From Anolis carolinensis (lineage: Eukaryota): 64,000 bases of DNA. A program made the translations under genes and the position numbers. Position 1 is the stretch's first letter. The number at the start of each line of letters is the position of its first letter. Positions 12,474 through 25,307 of the stretch are shown here, in pieces. Below the pieces are notes generated by a model. That model saw nothing but the letters and a program-made list of their open reading frames with translations. It was not told where the DNA came from and did not search any database. The stretch covers positions 13,758,024 to 13,822,023 of the forward strand of contig NC_085845.1 of NCBI RefSeq assembly GCF_035594765.1, in the 5' to 3' direction.

Positions 12474-13799
12474 TGTCAGAATATTTGCAGTGCAGCAGTA
12501 GTTGGATGGAAGCAGTGGAGCGCAGAACGAAGAGACACTCAGAGACGTTGGTAAAACTATTTACAAAGTTTTACTGTATGCAGCAGTAATCAACACAAAC
12601 AGACTTGCAGACGACAGATTAACACAGGACTGTTCTGTTCTTCAACAGAACTTGACTCGAACTCTAGGCAGACAGAACTCACCTGAACTGACGCAATCGG
12701 TATGCATAAACACTTGTGTCTGGATACTCCCTAGTTCCAGCCTGTCACGACCCAGGCTGCAGAGCACCAATAACCATACACAGAGGCCAGAATCTATCTA
12801 ATATCTTTATTAAGGAAATATATAAAGTTAATAAAAACAAGTATAGGAAATAGTCCAGAAGTAGACCTTTCAGGAAAGGTCAAAATTAGTCCAAAAAAGC
12901 AATGTCCAATATGAAATATTAAGGTCCAAAGTTGTAATCCAATAACCGAAACACTCACTTGCCGAGCAAGTGAGGGGAGATGACAAGGTCCTTTAGTCCA
13001 TGAACTTGAGCAAGGCTAGGAAATAACTTGATTCTTGGAACACAAAGCTTGATTCAAGGCAACAAGGAAACGAGGAGCAAGAACAAGATCCGTGGCAATT
13101 ACTTGGCGAGGTCCGGGAAACAAGGCAAGATCCGGGGAGAAAACAAGGCTGAGAACGAAGGCTTGGAACAGGAACAAAGGCTTGAGAGCAGGAGTAGCTG
13201 TCCACACACGCTGCTCCGGTAGCTGACGAATTGACTCCGCAAGATTCCTTCGGGAGCAAGGAACCTAAATAGGCCTCGTTTTCCCACCAGAGAACACTTC
13301 TCTGGGGAATCAGAAACGAAAGTCAATCTCTGTGTCCAGATGTATGACTCCCTAAAATTTCTCATGGGAGCAGGCTTAATCATCTGAATGCTTTGCTGCA
13401 ATTCTCAAACTCCTGCGATTAGCTTGCTGCACTCCTTTTTGCTGGAGATAATAATTACGGAGCGAAAAAGGGGGAGAACTCGACTCAGGGCTTGTTTGGC
13501 AGATTTCTGGAAGACAAGCCTCCTGCAGGTGCAAAGGCTCAATTTCTGGCTGAAATGGTTCCTTTTCTGGCTGAAATGGTGGAAAACCTAAGTTTTCCTC
13601 TTCATCAGTCACAACAGCACTAGGAATGGGACTACATGGCCCATGAGTCATCACACAGCCACACATCAAGGTCATCATAGCTTCTTGGCAATTAACTCTT
13701 TCCACACTATGGTACATTCTGGATGATGCAATCAGTTGCAATACAAGCATGCCACAAATTGCATTTAAACACTATCAATACACAAATCCCACATTAACA
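12474..13799 (-). mobile_element. Solo LTR (family A) interrupted by a second solo LTR
   Basis: TG...CA ends, 5-bp TSD CTTTA; both halves match the reverse complement of 42719-43126. Confidence 0.88.
12743..13655 (-). mobile_element. Solo LTR (family B, probably Gypsy-type), 913 bp
   Basis: TGTCACGAC...GTCATCACA ends, 5-bp TSD CAGCC, AATAAA on the minus strand near 12805-12810. Confidence 0.85.
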
Positions 13800-16700
13800 C
13801 TTTAAAGGTCATTGTGGAAAGAGGTGCTAGTAACACCTTGTACTTCAACACACATATACACAACCATGGGTTCTACACAATGTGGCTGCAATTTTACATC
13901 TGGGAACCAAAGAAGAGCCACCTGTCTCCTAGAACCCCAAAATGCATGGAGATCCACATAAACCTTTTCTAGTTTCCCAGCTACAAAACTGCAGCCAGGT
14001 GATAACCTGAGGTCCAGTCCCTCCAACCTACTGGTTATGTCTTGATTGGTTTCAGAGGTCAGTCTCCTTCTCTGAAGGTTTCTAAATAGAACCTGGATGG
14101 CTATCTGTTGGGGGTGCTTTGGTTGTGTATTCTTTGCATAGCTGGGGTTAGACTGGATGGCCAAAGTGGTTTCTTCCAGCTCTATGTTTCTATGATTCTG
14201 TCTTGTTGCCATCAACTGGAGCTGTTGCATGGGAATGGAAGAGGAAGGCTAGTGGAAGGATGCTAATGGGGATGGCCTGTATTCATCTTGGATGGAAATT
14301 GGCAAAGCATAGTTCCCTGGATGTCACTTTGTGGCTCATGAGACTTCACACCAATCTCCTAAAACTCACAAATCCTCAAACATTTTTGTACCCAAGCCCT
14401 ATGGAAAACATGCAAAACCACCCACTGAACAAGCAGGTCTGGAATACTTCCAAATTCCCCTTTTTATGCAGTCTTCAAAATGGTGACTGTTTGAGAAAAA
14501 CCACAGAAGAAAGCAGAGGTATTTAGGCTTACTGTGTGTGTAAAGGGGGGGGGGGGGTTGCCACCTGTATGACGAATATATGGAGAAAATTGTCCAGTAG
14601 CGCCCATTCATTTGCCATTCATTTGCCCTGACATTGGATCTCAACCATAGTCTAAGCAGGATCTACCCGCTTCTTTGCCAGACTTTGCTTGTTGGCTGCA
14701 AATCATTGTAATTTGTTCAGCCAGTTCTCTGGCATCTTCCTCCTTTGTCTGGCTCTTGCTTCCAGGGAACTAGGTCAGAGGAGTTGTATGTTGCTTCACA
14801 CATGACCTAACCAAAGTTATTGCTGCAAATTAACTTTTGGGCAGATACCCAAAGCTAAAAAAAGGAGAAGAACAAGATTTTTTTTTCAAAAAATAGAACT
14901 GGCACACACTTGCTGCCAATTGGGTCATCATGGAAGCTAATTTGGGCATTTATACTACAAAAATCTGATTATCTTTTTTTCCAAGAGTTCATTTGTTGTG
15001 TGGTAGCTTGGAAGGCAATGAGAGAAAGGACAATTAATCATCCTCTGTCTTGTTCTTTCTAACTTTTCCAGTTTATGGAAGAGGTAAATACTAGGAGTTG
15101 GAGAAACACACAGATACTGCCTCCTAAGAGTGGACAACTGCATTAGCTTCAGGGACTGCTTTTCTATCTGTGGGGTCTTCTGGAATCAGCAAGGGGGAGT
15201 GGACAGTGGTCTACTTTTAGTTTTGAAAATGAGTGTTTTTTTAAAATGTTGAATTGTGCAGGCAATCCTTTCAATATGTTTAAAAGGTGAAATTCTGTTC
15301 CTAAAGTTCTTTGTCACCATGAAATTACAATGCAATGATTCCATTTTATTGTTATAGCTGCATCAGATGGAGTCCTAGGGTTTGTAGTTTGGGAAGGCAC
15401 TTGAACCATCTGGCTGAGTGTTGCAAATGCTTCTCTCAAGACTGCAAATCCCAGGATGCTGTCAGGTGGGACCATGGGATTTAAAGTGGAACCATAGTGC
15501 TATTCATTGTATACTTCAAGGACAGTTAACTGTCCTTCTCAAGGGGCAAAAAACATGGTCTCCAAAGAGTGTGGAGAAAATGCAGACCAGAAAAAGAGAC
15601 GGGGAGGAGGAGCAAATGTAAACACAGATCTACATTTTGGCACTTTGGTGGCTTTTCAGCATGATGGAGGCTGGATGGACATCTGTTGGAAGTGCTTTGA
15701 TTGGATGTTTCTGCCTGGCAGAGGGGTGGACTGGACAGCCCTTGGGGTCTCTTCCAACTCTGTATGATTCCATGTAACTCTCTATTAGACAGAAGTTTAC
15801 TCTGAATGTGGAGCCTCCATGTTCAGGGCTGTATTCTTAGTGTCAGCTTCTAAGTACTGTACAAATAAAAGTAGCTAACCCTGACACTAAAAGACCATTA
15901 GCATCTTATTTTTGGGTGAAGGGTTCCTTTGTTAATTTTTTCTAGGTGTTTTCCCCCTTGCTAGTTACACAAATGACAAGACACACAGCAGAGCAAGAGA
16001 AAAATAATATGGCTTAGCTCTGGAACCATGCAAGGTCAGCCACATTGGCCATAAAACTAACCAAAAAGAAACCAAGAAGATCTAAAATCCATTCTGTGCT
16101 AGTCTTTTGGGCCAACCAGAAGGTGTAAAATATATTGTGATAGATTTCAAAATTTCACAGGCTTCTACATCAGGCAGAGATGGTAAAATAGCAGGTAAGG
16201 GAAATAAAGTGACAGTGCTGTGGTCTCGGCGGTATCTCCATTCTGCTTTAGATGTTACAAGAAGTGTGTGTACACATAAAATGGGTCCCTCACTCTCCCA
16301 GGGCTGAGAGAGAACAAAAGCAATAGAACGGAAGCGATAAAGTTTGGCTTGTCCATTTGATGTTATAAAGTACACTGCTCTAAGAACTGTATTTGCATAC
16401 ATTCGGTTGGAAGCTCTAGGCCACCCATTAGTCTTCGTAAGAATGTTTAACGAAGAATTAGTGCCTGCATTTGCTTCCCCCTCTACACACATCCCCATGC
16501 CTTTTCCTTTTGTATTATATCTCTCATCTTGTAAATCTCAAGTCAGGAGCGTATGATTCACTTTTGTAAGCTGTTTTGGAAGTCCTTTTCAACTGAACAC
16601 TAAGCAAAAGGCTTTGAAATGATAAATCAATAGGGTTTATTTTTAAATCTTCACTTTGCTGATAACCTTCCCCTTGTGTGACTGGCGGTGTCATTTTGTT

Positions 16701-19148
16701 TGCAGAAGGAGAATAAAGCCTGAATTCCTTTCCTAGTCTGAACTAAAGCAGATCCCTTGATTTACTTATGAATCAACTCAGCTTTTAACAACTGATTTGA
16801 TGGTTTTACTCTGATTGAGAGTAAACATTACTGAATGTGCTGATAGGATGGACCTTTGGTCTATGGTGACAGGGCTGACTTATGTTCACCTGTTATGCCT
16901 TGGTGTAGATGGTTGACATGATGAATTAATTAGTGGATTTGGAAAATACCACAAAGGTAGAATGAAATTATCATAAAAAATATTCCACCTAAACATTAGA
17001 AAGAACTTCCTGATGAGAAGAGCTGCCAGAGAGCCTGTTGGAGTTTCCTTCTCTGGAGATTTTTCAACAGAGGTTGGATGACCATTTGTCGGAAGTGCTT
17101 TGGTTGTGTATGCCTGCTTGGCTGGATGTCCCTTGTGGTCTCTTCCAACTTTATGATTTTGTGATTCTAAGGTACATCAAGCAGAGCTCCTCCCTTACCT
17201 CTACAAAAGCCTTTTATCTGAAGCAACCCTCACAACATAGATGTTTATGGACAAGAGATCCATGAGGGGTGTCAGTGAAATATCTAGCTCCTTGCCCATA
17301 GCAGCACATTTTCAGTTTCATACATAGTAAGATGGCAACTACAAGAATAGAACTGGATGCTTCTCTGTTTCCACCATAGATCCCATTTATTTGGCCAGTA
17401 AATAGCCCTGTTAAAGTGGAGCTGTGTTGGCAAAAATATGGGTTTTGCAGGGTGAGAGGGTGGACTGGATATATCATAGTTCATGGCTTGTCTTCTTTAT
17501 CCAGGAACTATAAAAAGTGAAAGAGCCTTGTCACAAATTCATCCCTATGAAGCATAGATGACAAAACATTTGAGTTTAATTGTCACTTCGCTCTTAACTA
17601 GGATGGACCATTCCATCTCTTTTGGGTCTCCCATTACTTCAGGAATAACCATTTACTTGCATTTAATTCATTTTGGGTAGTAATTAAGCATACATGTGTG
17701 TTGTTAACATTTCATCGTAATGAGGAATCATGTTTTCTTTTTTTCAGCATCTCTACATTTAGTTACTTCTATAGTTACAGTGTGGTGTAGTAGTTTGAGT
17801 ACTGGATTATGGATCTCATCCCATAAAAAAGGGGAGGGGGAGAGCAAGTGGAGTCATCTTCCTTCCATGGCATTCTGTCTTTAAAGAAGACAGATAATTT
17901 ACTCTCCCCCATCACAAAGGATCACCTACTCCCGTTTTTAGCTCAATCATCCACTTCATTTCCCATTGCATTGATGGGTGTTGTGTTCTTTTATTTCAAA
18001 GGAGACCAGCATACTTTTAAAACACCACCTTTCAATGGTGACAGAAGTAGCATGGAATGTAAATGGAGAAATCCACCCCCTCCCATCCTAAGGGAAAACC
18101 CCAGTTTTTAAGCATTTCTATGTGCAGGGAGCGGAATAGAGTTGATTTCTGTCTGTCTTTCAAATCCATCTGTTTTTACACTCTATGGAGACAGAGTCCC
18201 ATGAGCAACTACCGGAAGCAGTTCTGCATTGTTTGATGGCCTCCATGGGATTTCATCTTTGAAGTGTGGAGGAAAACCTCCATCTGGTGAGGTCGTAAGA
18301 CTCTGGAGACCAAGGTTTAAATCCCCATTCAGGCATGGAAGCACACTGGATAACCCTGGACAAGTTGCATGTTCTTAGCCTCAGAAGAAGACAAAGGCCC
18401 ATATGAACACATCTTGCCCAGAAAACCCTCTGGTAACTTCACCTTAGGGTTTCCAAAAGTAAGAAATGACTTGAAGACACACAACAACAAAGTAATTAAA
18501 CTGTATATGACTTGGTCACTAAGGTGTGGTTTGACTTGTAGTATTCTGATTTATTTTTTAAGTTAGCTAAAGTAGCTAAAAGTTACAATTTGTATTTACT
18601 TTGAACAGTAAGAAAGTCAGATTTTCAAAACCTGTATTTGCAAAGGCAATCAGGTGTTTTGGGAAGAGTCACAACTATAATGCTTTTTTAAAAGTAATTT
18701 TCCAAACCCTGCTAGTTATATGACTTCCCTTTACTTTGCTCCGTGATGGCCTTAAGAGAAACCTGAACCTAAAAGGCTTTGAGGCCATTTGCCAGCAGGC
18801 TAAAATGAGACATAAAAGGGAGAAACACGGCAGGGTATAAAAACTTAAATGTACTGTTCGGTTTTAAAGCAAAGCTATAACGTTTTCACTTTGAACGTAT
18901 GTTCAGGAGTATGACTGGAACAAATGCAAACATTAAAATATATGGCATGTTTTTTTCTAAGGCTTTCTGTTCATCATGGGATTAAGAACAGATGGGAAGG
19001 TAGTTTGAAGTAATGGTCAGACCTGCCAAGTATGGGTGGGTGTATCTATCAATTTTACTTTATTTTTCCTCACTTTCAATTTTGTCTCAAGTAGCTTTTT
19101 GCTTGAATCTCTTGCTTGAAATTTTGCACTTTTTGAGAAGCTCTAATC

Positions 19149-20595
19149 CAGCGTTTCTCAACCTGGGGGTTGGGACTGAGAGGGGGGGGTCACAGGGAAG
19201 TCTCAGAGGGGTCACCAAAGACCACCAGAAAACATACAAGGGTTGAATGAAAAGTAATGCCTCCAGCTTCGTAACTCCTCAACAGATGGCAGTCCTGGTA
19301 TGCAGCAGGTATTGGCTTGTTTAGTAGACTCTCCTCTACAGTTCCATTTGGCGGGTAGCCTTAGCATTGAACGGTTGTGTTGTTAAAATGCAAAGTATGG
19401 AACCCTGCTCAGACGGTCAGTCAATGCGACTTAAGCAATGTGCAGTCATTGAATTCTTGACAGCAGAAGGTGTCACCCCAAAGGAGATTCATCAGAGAAT
19501 GCAAGCTGTTTATGGGGATTGTGTTGATGTGAGTCCTGTGCATCGTTGGGCGAGCAAGTTTAAAGATATTGAGGTGGGAACATCTGACTTGCGTGACAAA
19601 CAAAGAATTTGACGTCCCGTGACAGCAACCACCGAGTTTCACAAGCAAAAGGTTGACAGATTGATTCAGGGCATTTGTCATATCACTCAGAGAGAAATTT
19701 CAAGCATAATCGGCATTTCACAAGAACATGTGGGTCACATTATTGCTATGCTTGGCTATCGGAAGTTCTATGCATGATGGGTCCTGTGAGATGCTGGTTG
19801 CAGAAACAGAGTGTTGACTTCTTCCGTGATGGCTTCAGAAAACTTGTTCATTGTTGGCAGAAATATATCCAATTGTCTGGTGATTATGTGGAAAAGTGAA
19901 TAGTGGTAGTTAAAGAGCACATTCTAAGGATTATTTCTGTGTTTGATTTATTAAAATATTCACATCCAAACCCAAGTAATGAAGTTGGATGCATTATTTT
20001 TCATGTAACCCTCATATTTCTGATGGTCTTAGGAAACTTTTTGGCAAAGAATGTTGAAGATCCCTCCGCCTGTCCTTCTCTTCCTTTTTGGAAACAGACA
20101 GCGAATTCTCCCACCAAAAGCCCTTGTCTTGCTGTGATTGGCTGACCTATCAAATAAGGGGAGTGCTGTTTCTGAGAGTATGTTTCTGAGAACTAGAACT
20201 CCCAGAATTCCAAAACAGCCCCTCACCCTCCAAAATTCAATGTTGGCCATGTAGGTAGTGTGCCAAGTTGGGTGCAGATCCATTGTGGTCTGGGTTCAGA
20301 GTGCTCTTTGATTGTAGGTTAATTATAAATCCCAGCAACTACAACTCCCAAGTGACAAAACCATTTCCCGCCTAACCTCACTAGTATTCAAATTTGGGTG
20401 TATTGGGTATTTGTGCCAAATTTGGTCCAGTGAATGAAAATACATCCTGCATATCCGATATTTACATTACAAATCATAACACTAGCAGAATTACAGTTAT
20501 GAAGTAGCAATGAAAATAATTTTACGGTTGGGAGTCACCACAACATGAGGAAATGTATTAAGGAGTCATATCATTAGGAAGGTTGAGAACCACTG
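19149..20595 (+). mobile_element. SPIN-like non-autonomous hAT element
   Basis: TIR CAGCGTTTCTCAACC / GGTTGAGAACCACTG, perfect 8-bp TSD CTCTAATC; 3' gatatttacattac..gttatgaagtagcaa..caccacaacatgagg matches recalled SPIN/URR1 consensus. Confidence 0.88.
19237..20014 (+). mobile_element. Internally deleted mariner transposon (Galluhop-like) nested in SPIN MITE
   Basis: TA-flanked imperfect TIRs; transposase N-terminus MRLKQCAVIEFLTAEGVTPKEIHQRMQAVYGD and C-terminus FFRDGFRKLVHCWQKYIQLSGDYVEK*; catalytic core missing. Confidence 0.9.
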
Positions 20596-21920
20596 CTCTA
20601 ATCAAAAACAAGTGGAACAACATTCTCAACTGTTCACACTAGTTAAATTCAATTGGTCTTAGAATAGACCAAGTTGCATGTGTTAAAAGATGAAGAGTGG
20701 ATAATACAAGTGGTTAATTTAGCATCACTAAAGTGGTTGCATACACAGATACTCATTTCTAAGAGCTGAATGCAAACCTCTGCTTCCGGCATATCTATCT
20801 ATTTTGATTTCCCCCACATTCAGATATATTTAATTTCAGGCTCTTAGAAAGTTCTTATCAGAACTCAAACCAAACAAAACCTTCAGTCTTTGTTACATCT
20901 AAGAAATGGAAAGAATACTTGGTTGGTCTTCCTTTCTCAGCCCAAACTGGGAAGAATCCAAACAGATACAAGGTCACAGGAAAGGTTTTAGCACTTTGGG
21001 TGTGGTTTTTCTTCATAGAAATGTGTGTTCTGCACAAAAAAACCCATGTCTGTTTCTTCAGGGAGAGACTATTTTTACATAGAAATAGCATATGAAATTC
21101 TGCAGAGGTATAATATTTCTGCATGGAAAACATGTTTTCTGAATAGCAAATGTGTTTCTACATTGAAAAAAATGTGTATTTCTGCAAAATCTAAAAAGCA
21201 ATCAGAAACTGCACAGAAAACTTCGTTTTCTCATTCAGTAGAGAGAATACTGCAGGAATTACAGTGATGGATTTTCATTTGTTTTCAGTTTTGTAGACTT
21301 GATTATTTATGGATTTGATTAAAACGGTCTGTTGAAGAATCTTGAAGTCCTCCATTGAACGTTAACCATAGAGTCACACTAGAGGACCTAGGGATTCTTA
21401 GATAAATGTTCTCTCATTTCCCCACTTTTGCAAAGATCCTGTGTCCCTAACCCCAGAAAATGTGGAGAGCCTATTGTATTCATTTTTACTTTCAAGAATG
21501 AAACACATAAAGGGGTGCATCCATACTGTGTCTGATCATACCTCACCTTTTGAAGGGAGATTACTCCCGAATGTAGCTTCTATGATTTTAGTGGGATCTT
21601 TCTTCCTGGGAGAAGATGAGTCCACCAAATTTGGGAGGCACTAAGTTAAGGAAGACAATTGAATGGGTAAATAGCTAGGAAAGTGTTTCCAATTGGAATC
21701 CATAAACAGCAGAAACTACTCACGAGTATGAAATACATTAATCATGGAGATAGGTAGTGATGATGCAGATGGTCTGCCTTTCTCTCAAGGATGATGTGAG
21801 CAAGATCTGAGCAGGAGAAAATCAATAGAGACTGCATTTGAGAGGAACAGACTATGTGACATGCATGGTGTGCAGTTCAGAATTACACTCAGTTCTTCAC
21901 ATGCACTGGGTTTAGGAGTA

Positions 21921-22246
21921 AAGGTAAAGGTTTCCCCTGACCTTAAGTCCAGTCGTGACCGACTCTGGGGGTTGGTGCTCATCTCAATTTCTAAGCCGAA
22001 GAGCCAGCATTGTCCATAGATATCTCCAGATCATGTGGCCAGCATGACTGCATGGAGTGCCATTACCTTCCCGCTGGAGCAGTACCTATTGATCTACTCA
22101 CATTTGCATGTTTTCGAACTGCTAGGTTGGCAGGAGCTGGGGCTAACAGCAGACGCTCATTCTGCTCCCGGGATTTGAACCTGGGACCTTTTGGTCTGCA
22201 AGTTCAGCAGCTCAACGCTTTAACACACTGTGCCACCAGGGGCCCC
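21921..22246 (-). mobile_element. Sauria SINE
   Basis: Full head-to-tail match, TSD TTAGGAGTA. Confidence 0.92.
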
Positions 22247-22424
22247 ATTAGGAGTATAGAAATCCTGAAAAGTAGGGAACAAAAAACACAAATTACACCA
22301 CAGGATAGACAAATTACACCTTTATCTAGTTCCTCCAGCCTGACCATAGAATCATGCTGGAAAATCTAGAGGTCCCTAGAGAGAACATATTGATCAAATC
22401 CATGAGTAGCATATCCCCAACCAA

Positions 22425-22690
22425 AAAAGAATCTTGGTGCCTTGGTTTTTAGGCTTGTTCCTGGGGATATTTGGGGCACTGATTCAGAAAATTACATTGG
22501 ATAGACCACATCAGATATGGTTATCATGGCTATGGGTGAGCAGATGCAAACTGGTATATGGCATGTCTCAGAAACTAGAGTTGATAGGGGAAGACTGGAT
22601 TGGGAGCCATTTTTGGAATCAGCAGATCAAATACAGCCAGAAACAGGTCAAAAAGTTGAGGCAACAAAGTGTGTATTGGTCAATGTCATC
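22425..22690 (-). mobile_element. Copy of the CAC...GTG MITE family (Chapaev3-like)
   Basis: Reverse-complement similarity to 30499-30786. Confidence 0.6.
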
Positions 22691-22810
22691 AGTTCATTAG
22701 GTTGACCATAGAATCACACTGCACGACCTACAAAAGTCTTCTTGCTATGAACTTTTAGGTTCTCCAGCATGACTCTGTGATAAACATGTGCCTGATGGAT
22801 TACTGTAGAG

Positions 22811-22945
22811 CAGTAGTTCTCAACCTCTGGGTCCCCAGATGTTTTGGCCTTCAACTCCCAGAAATCCTAACGGCTGGTAAACTGGCTGGGATTTTTGGGA
22901 GTTGTAAGCCAAAACACCTGGGGACCAACAGGTTGAGAACCACTG
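22811..22945 (+). mobile_element. Short palindromic hAT MITE with SPIN-type TIRs
   Basis: CAGTAGTTCTCAACC...GGTTGAGAACCACTG; TSD CTGTAGAG/CTGTAAAG. Confidence 0.88.
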
Positions 22946-24424
22946 CTGTAAAGTCACATTGGAGGACTTGGAGATTCCTAGAATGAACATATTAATCATA
23001 TCTGTAAATGTGAGGGTACAATTTTATGAGTTTAAAAATATAGCAAGGAAACATGGAGGGGTCAATCTAGAGAAGGTGGGATCAGGCTCAATTTGTGCAG
23101 GAAAGGTATAAACCACCCATTTTGTGTTTTCCCCCCAACCTGATTATCCTCCATCCCACAATGACAGGGAGCTTAAAAAGGCAGAACTCCATTGGGAACA
23201 ATTGATCTTCCCTCTCCCCTGGAATTTAGCTTCCATATAGGACAGTGTATTTAAGCAAAAAACCAAGGGGAGGGAGCTTCTAATTCCTGCATGTATTAGA
23301 CTTGAGCTCACTAAAATTATTGACAAGTTAAAAATAAACTGCCCCTGAATGGCGCGCTATGCTTTCAGTATAGTATGTAGTTTATTCCAGGAAGGAGATA
23401 CACTGTACAGAGAAAATTGTGCGCTGTTGGTAAACAGTATTTGGAGATACAGGCATGCAGCAATTCCACTTACTGTTTTTGGTATGTGGTTCCACCCATG
23501 CTCAACTTTTATATTTGAAAATAGACTTGAATATTTTGTATAACTAAGGGTCTATTAACCCAGCTAGTTAATACATACTTGACACAAGCATACTGGACCA
23601 CTGAAGAGAAGTGAACACCATATCATGAGAAATTTAGGAGGATGATCAGACCAAACACAAACATTGCACTATATGATTTACATCTATTGGTGCTATTTTT
23701 TATCTAGAGATTAGATTTTGTTGGATGTTTCTATATGTTCTTTGGACCAGTTCACTAAGAACTACAGCAAACATCCAAAATGCTATGGAAATCTCTAACT
23801 CTCGGCTACTTGTTTGGACACAATTCGGAGCATTGGTTATGATTGTATAAAGATCATAACCAGTACTCTGAACTGTGTCAACTTTCCACATTCGCTGGAA
23901 TTATGAAGACAGAGAAAGAGAAAAACTATGTTGGGACATTTAACCTTTATTTAACCATAAAAAGGCCCAGATATGTTGGACCCAGATAGACATGATGTTG
24001 GAAGATATTGTAAAGGTTAAAATTACAATGAAATCTGAACTGTGTTGGTTGAGGACATATTTATTACTTTTTTACAGCAAAGATAGGAATAATCTTCAAC
24101 CATTGCTTTTCTGATATAGAAAGTTTTATTAAAAGTAGAAAGGTAGAAATAAAGTGATACTTAAAGGGACCAACAAATAAGAAATTAAAATCAACAGGCA
24201 ACAAGTGGCGGGGCCCTTCTAGATTATTTTAGTAGGTATTTGTTTAGAATGTGCATAGGTCGCATGTTGTAGATAAAGATGTGTTAGTTGCTTTTGTATG
24301 TTTGAATAAAAACCATTTAACAGAAAAAAGAGCCCTCTCTAGAAATGTGAGGTCTTCAACTATATCTGTGGTCATTCAACTTCCACTAGAAGCTGGGCAT
24401 AGAAACACAATGGATGACCTACAG

Positions 24425-24558
24425 CAGTGGTTCCCAATCTTTGGTCCTCCAGATGTTTTGGATTTCAACTCCCAGAAATCTCATCCACCTTACCAGCTAT
24501 TAGGAATTCTGGGAACTGACATCCAAAACATCTAGAGGATCAGATGTTGGGAACCACT
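24425..24558 (+). mobile_element. Short hAT MITE, older
   Basis: CAGTGGTTCCCAA...TTGGGAACCACTG. Confidence 0.75.
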
Positions 24559-24604
24559 GATACAAAGAGTCCCAGAGGGATGTCATCTTTAGATATCTCT
24601 AGAT

Positions 24605-25307
24605 CAGGGGTCCTCAAACTTTTAAAGCAGAGGGCCGGTCCACAATCCTTCGGACTGTTGAGGGGCCGAATTATCATTTGGGGAAAAAAACCGAACAAAT
24701 TCCTATGCACACTGCACATATCTTATTTGTAGTGCAAAACAACAACAATAACAATGAAAGAACAATACAATATTTAAAAATGAAAATAATTTTAACCAAC
24801 ATAAACCTATCAGGATTTCAATAGGAAGTGTGGGCCTGCTTCTGACCAATGAGATAGTCAGGTTAATTAGGATTGCTGTTGTTGTTGTTGTGTGTCTTCA
24901 AGTCATTTCAGACTTCAGGCGAGCCTAAGTCCAAAATTATTTATTTATTCATTTACTACATTTATTTACTACATTTATATCCCACCCTTCTCACCCCAAA
25001 GGGAACTCAGAGCAGCTGCATGTACATACAATATATTATATTATTAGCATAGCACAATATTAGCATTATACTATATTGAACTATACTACTATACTGTGAT
25101 ATTATATGTAATATATAACATATAATTAATATTATTATATGATATTATTGTTAGTATTGTATTGTATTGTATAAAATAATATTATTATCAATATTATATG
25201 TATATACAATATATTATATTATTAAAACTGATATAAAAATATTATATTATAAATGAAGGCGGGGACCAGGTAAATTACCTTGGAGGGCCTTAGTTTGGGG
25301 ACCCCTG
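24605..25307 (+). mobile_element. OC1 (OposCharlie1)-like non-autonomous hAT
   Basis: TIR CAGGGGTCCTCAAAC / GTTTGGGGACCCCTG, perfect TSD CTCTAGAT; gaacaaattcctatgcacactgcacatatcttattt matches the recalled OC1 5' end; AT-rich interior. Confidence 0.82.

Noticed and set aside
23570-24320. Possible decayed L1-like 3' fragment (also ~4590-4770, ~8900-9150)
   Set aside because: Too degenerate to support by eye
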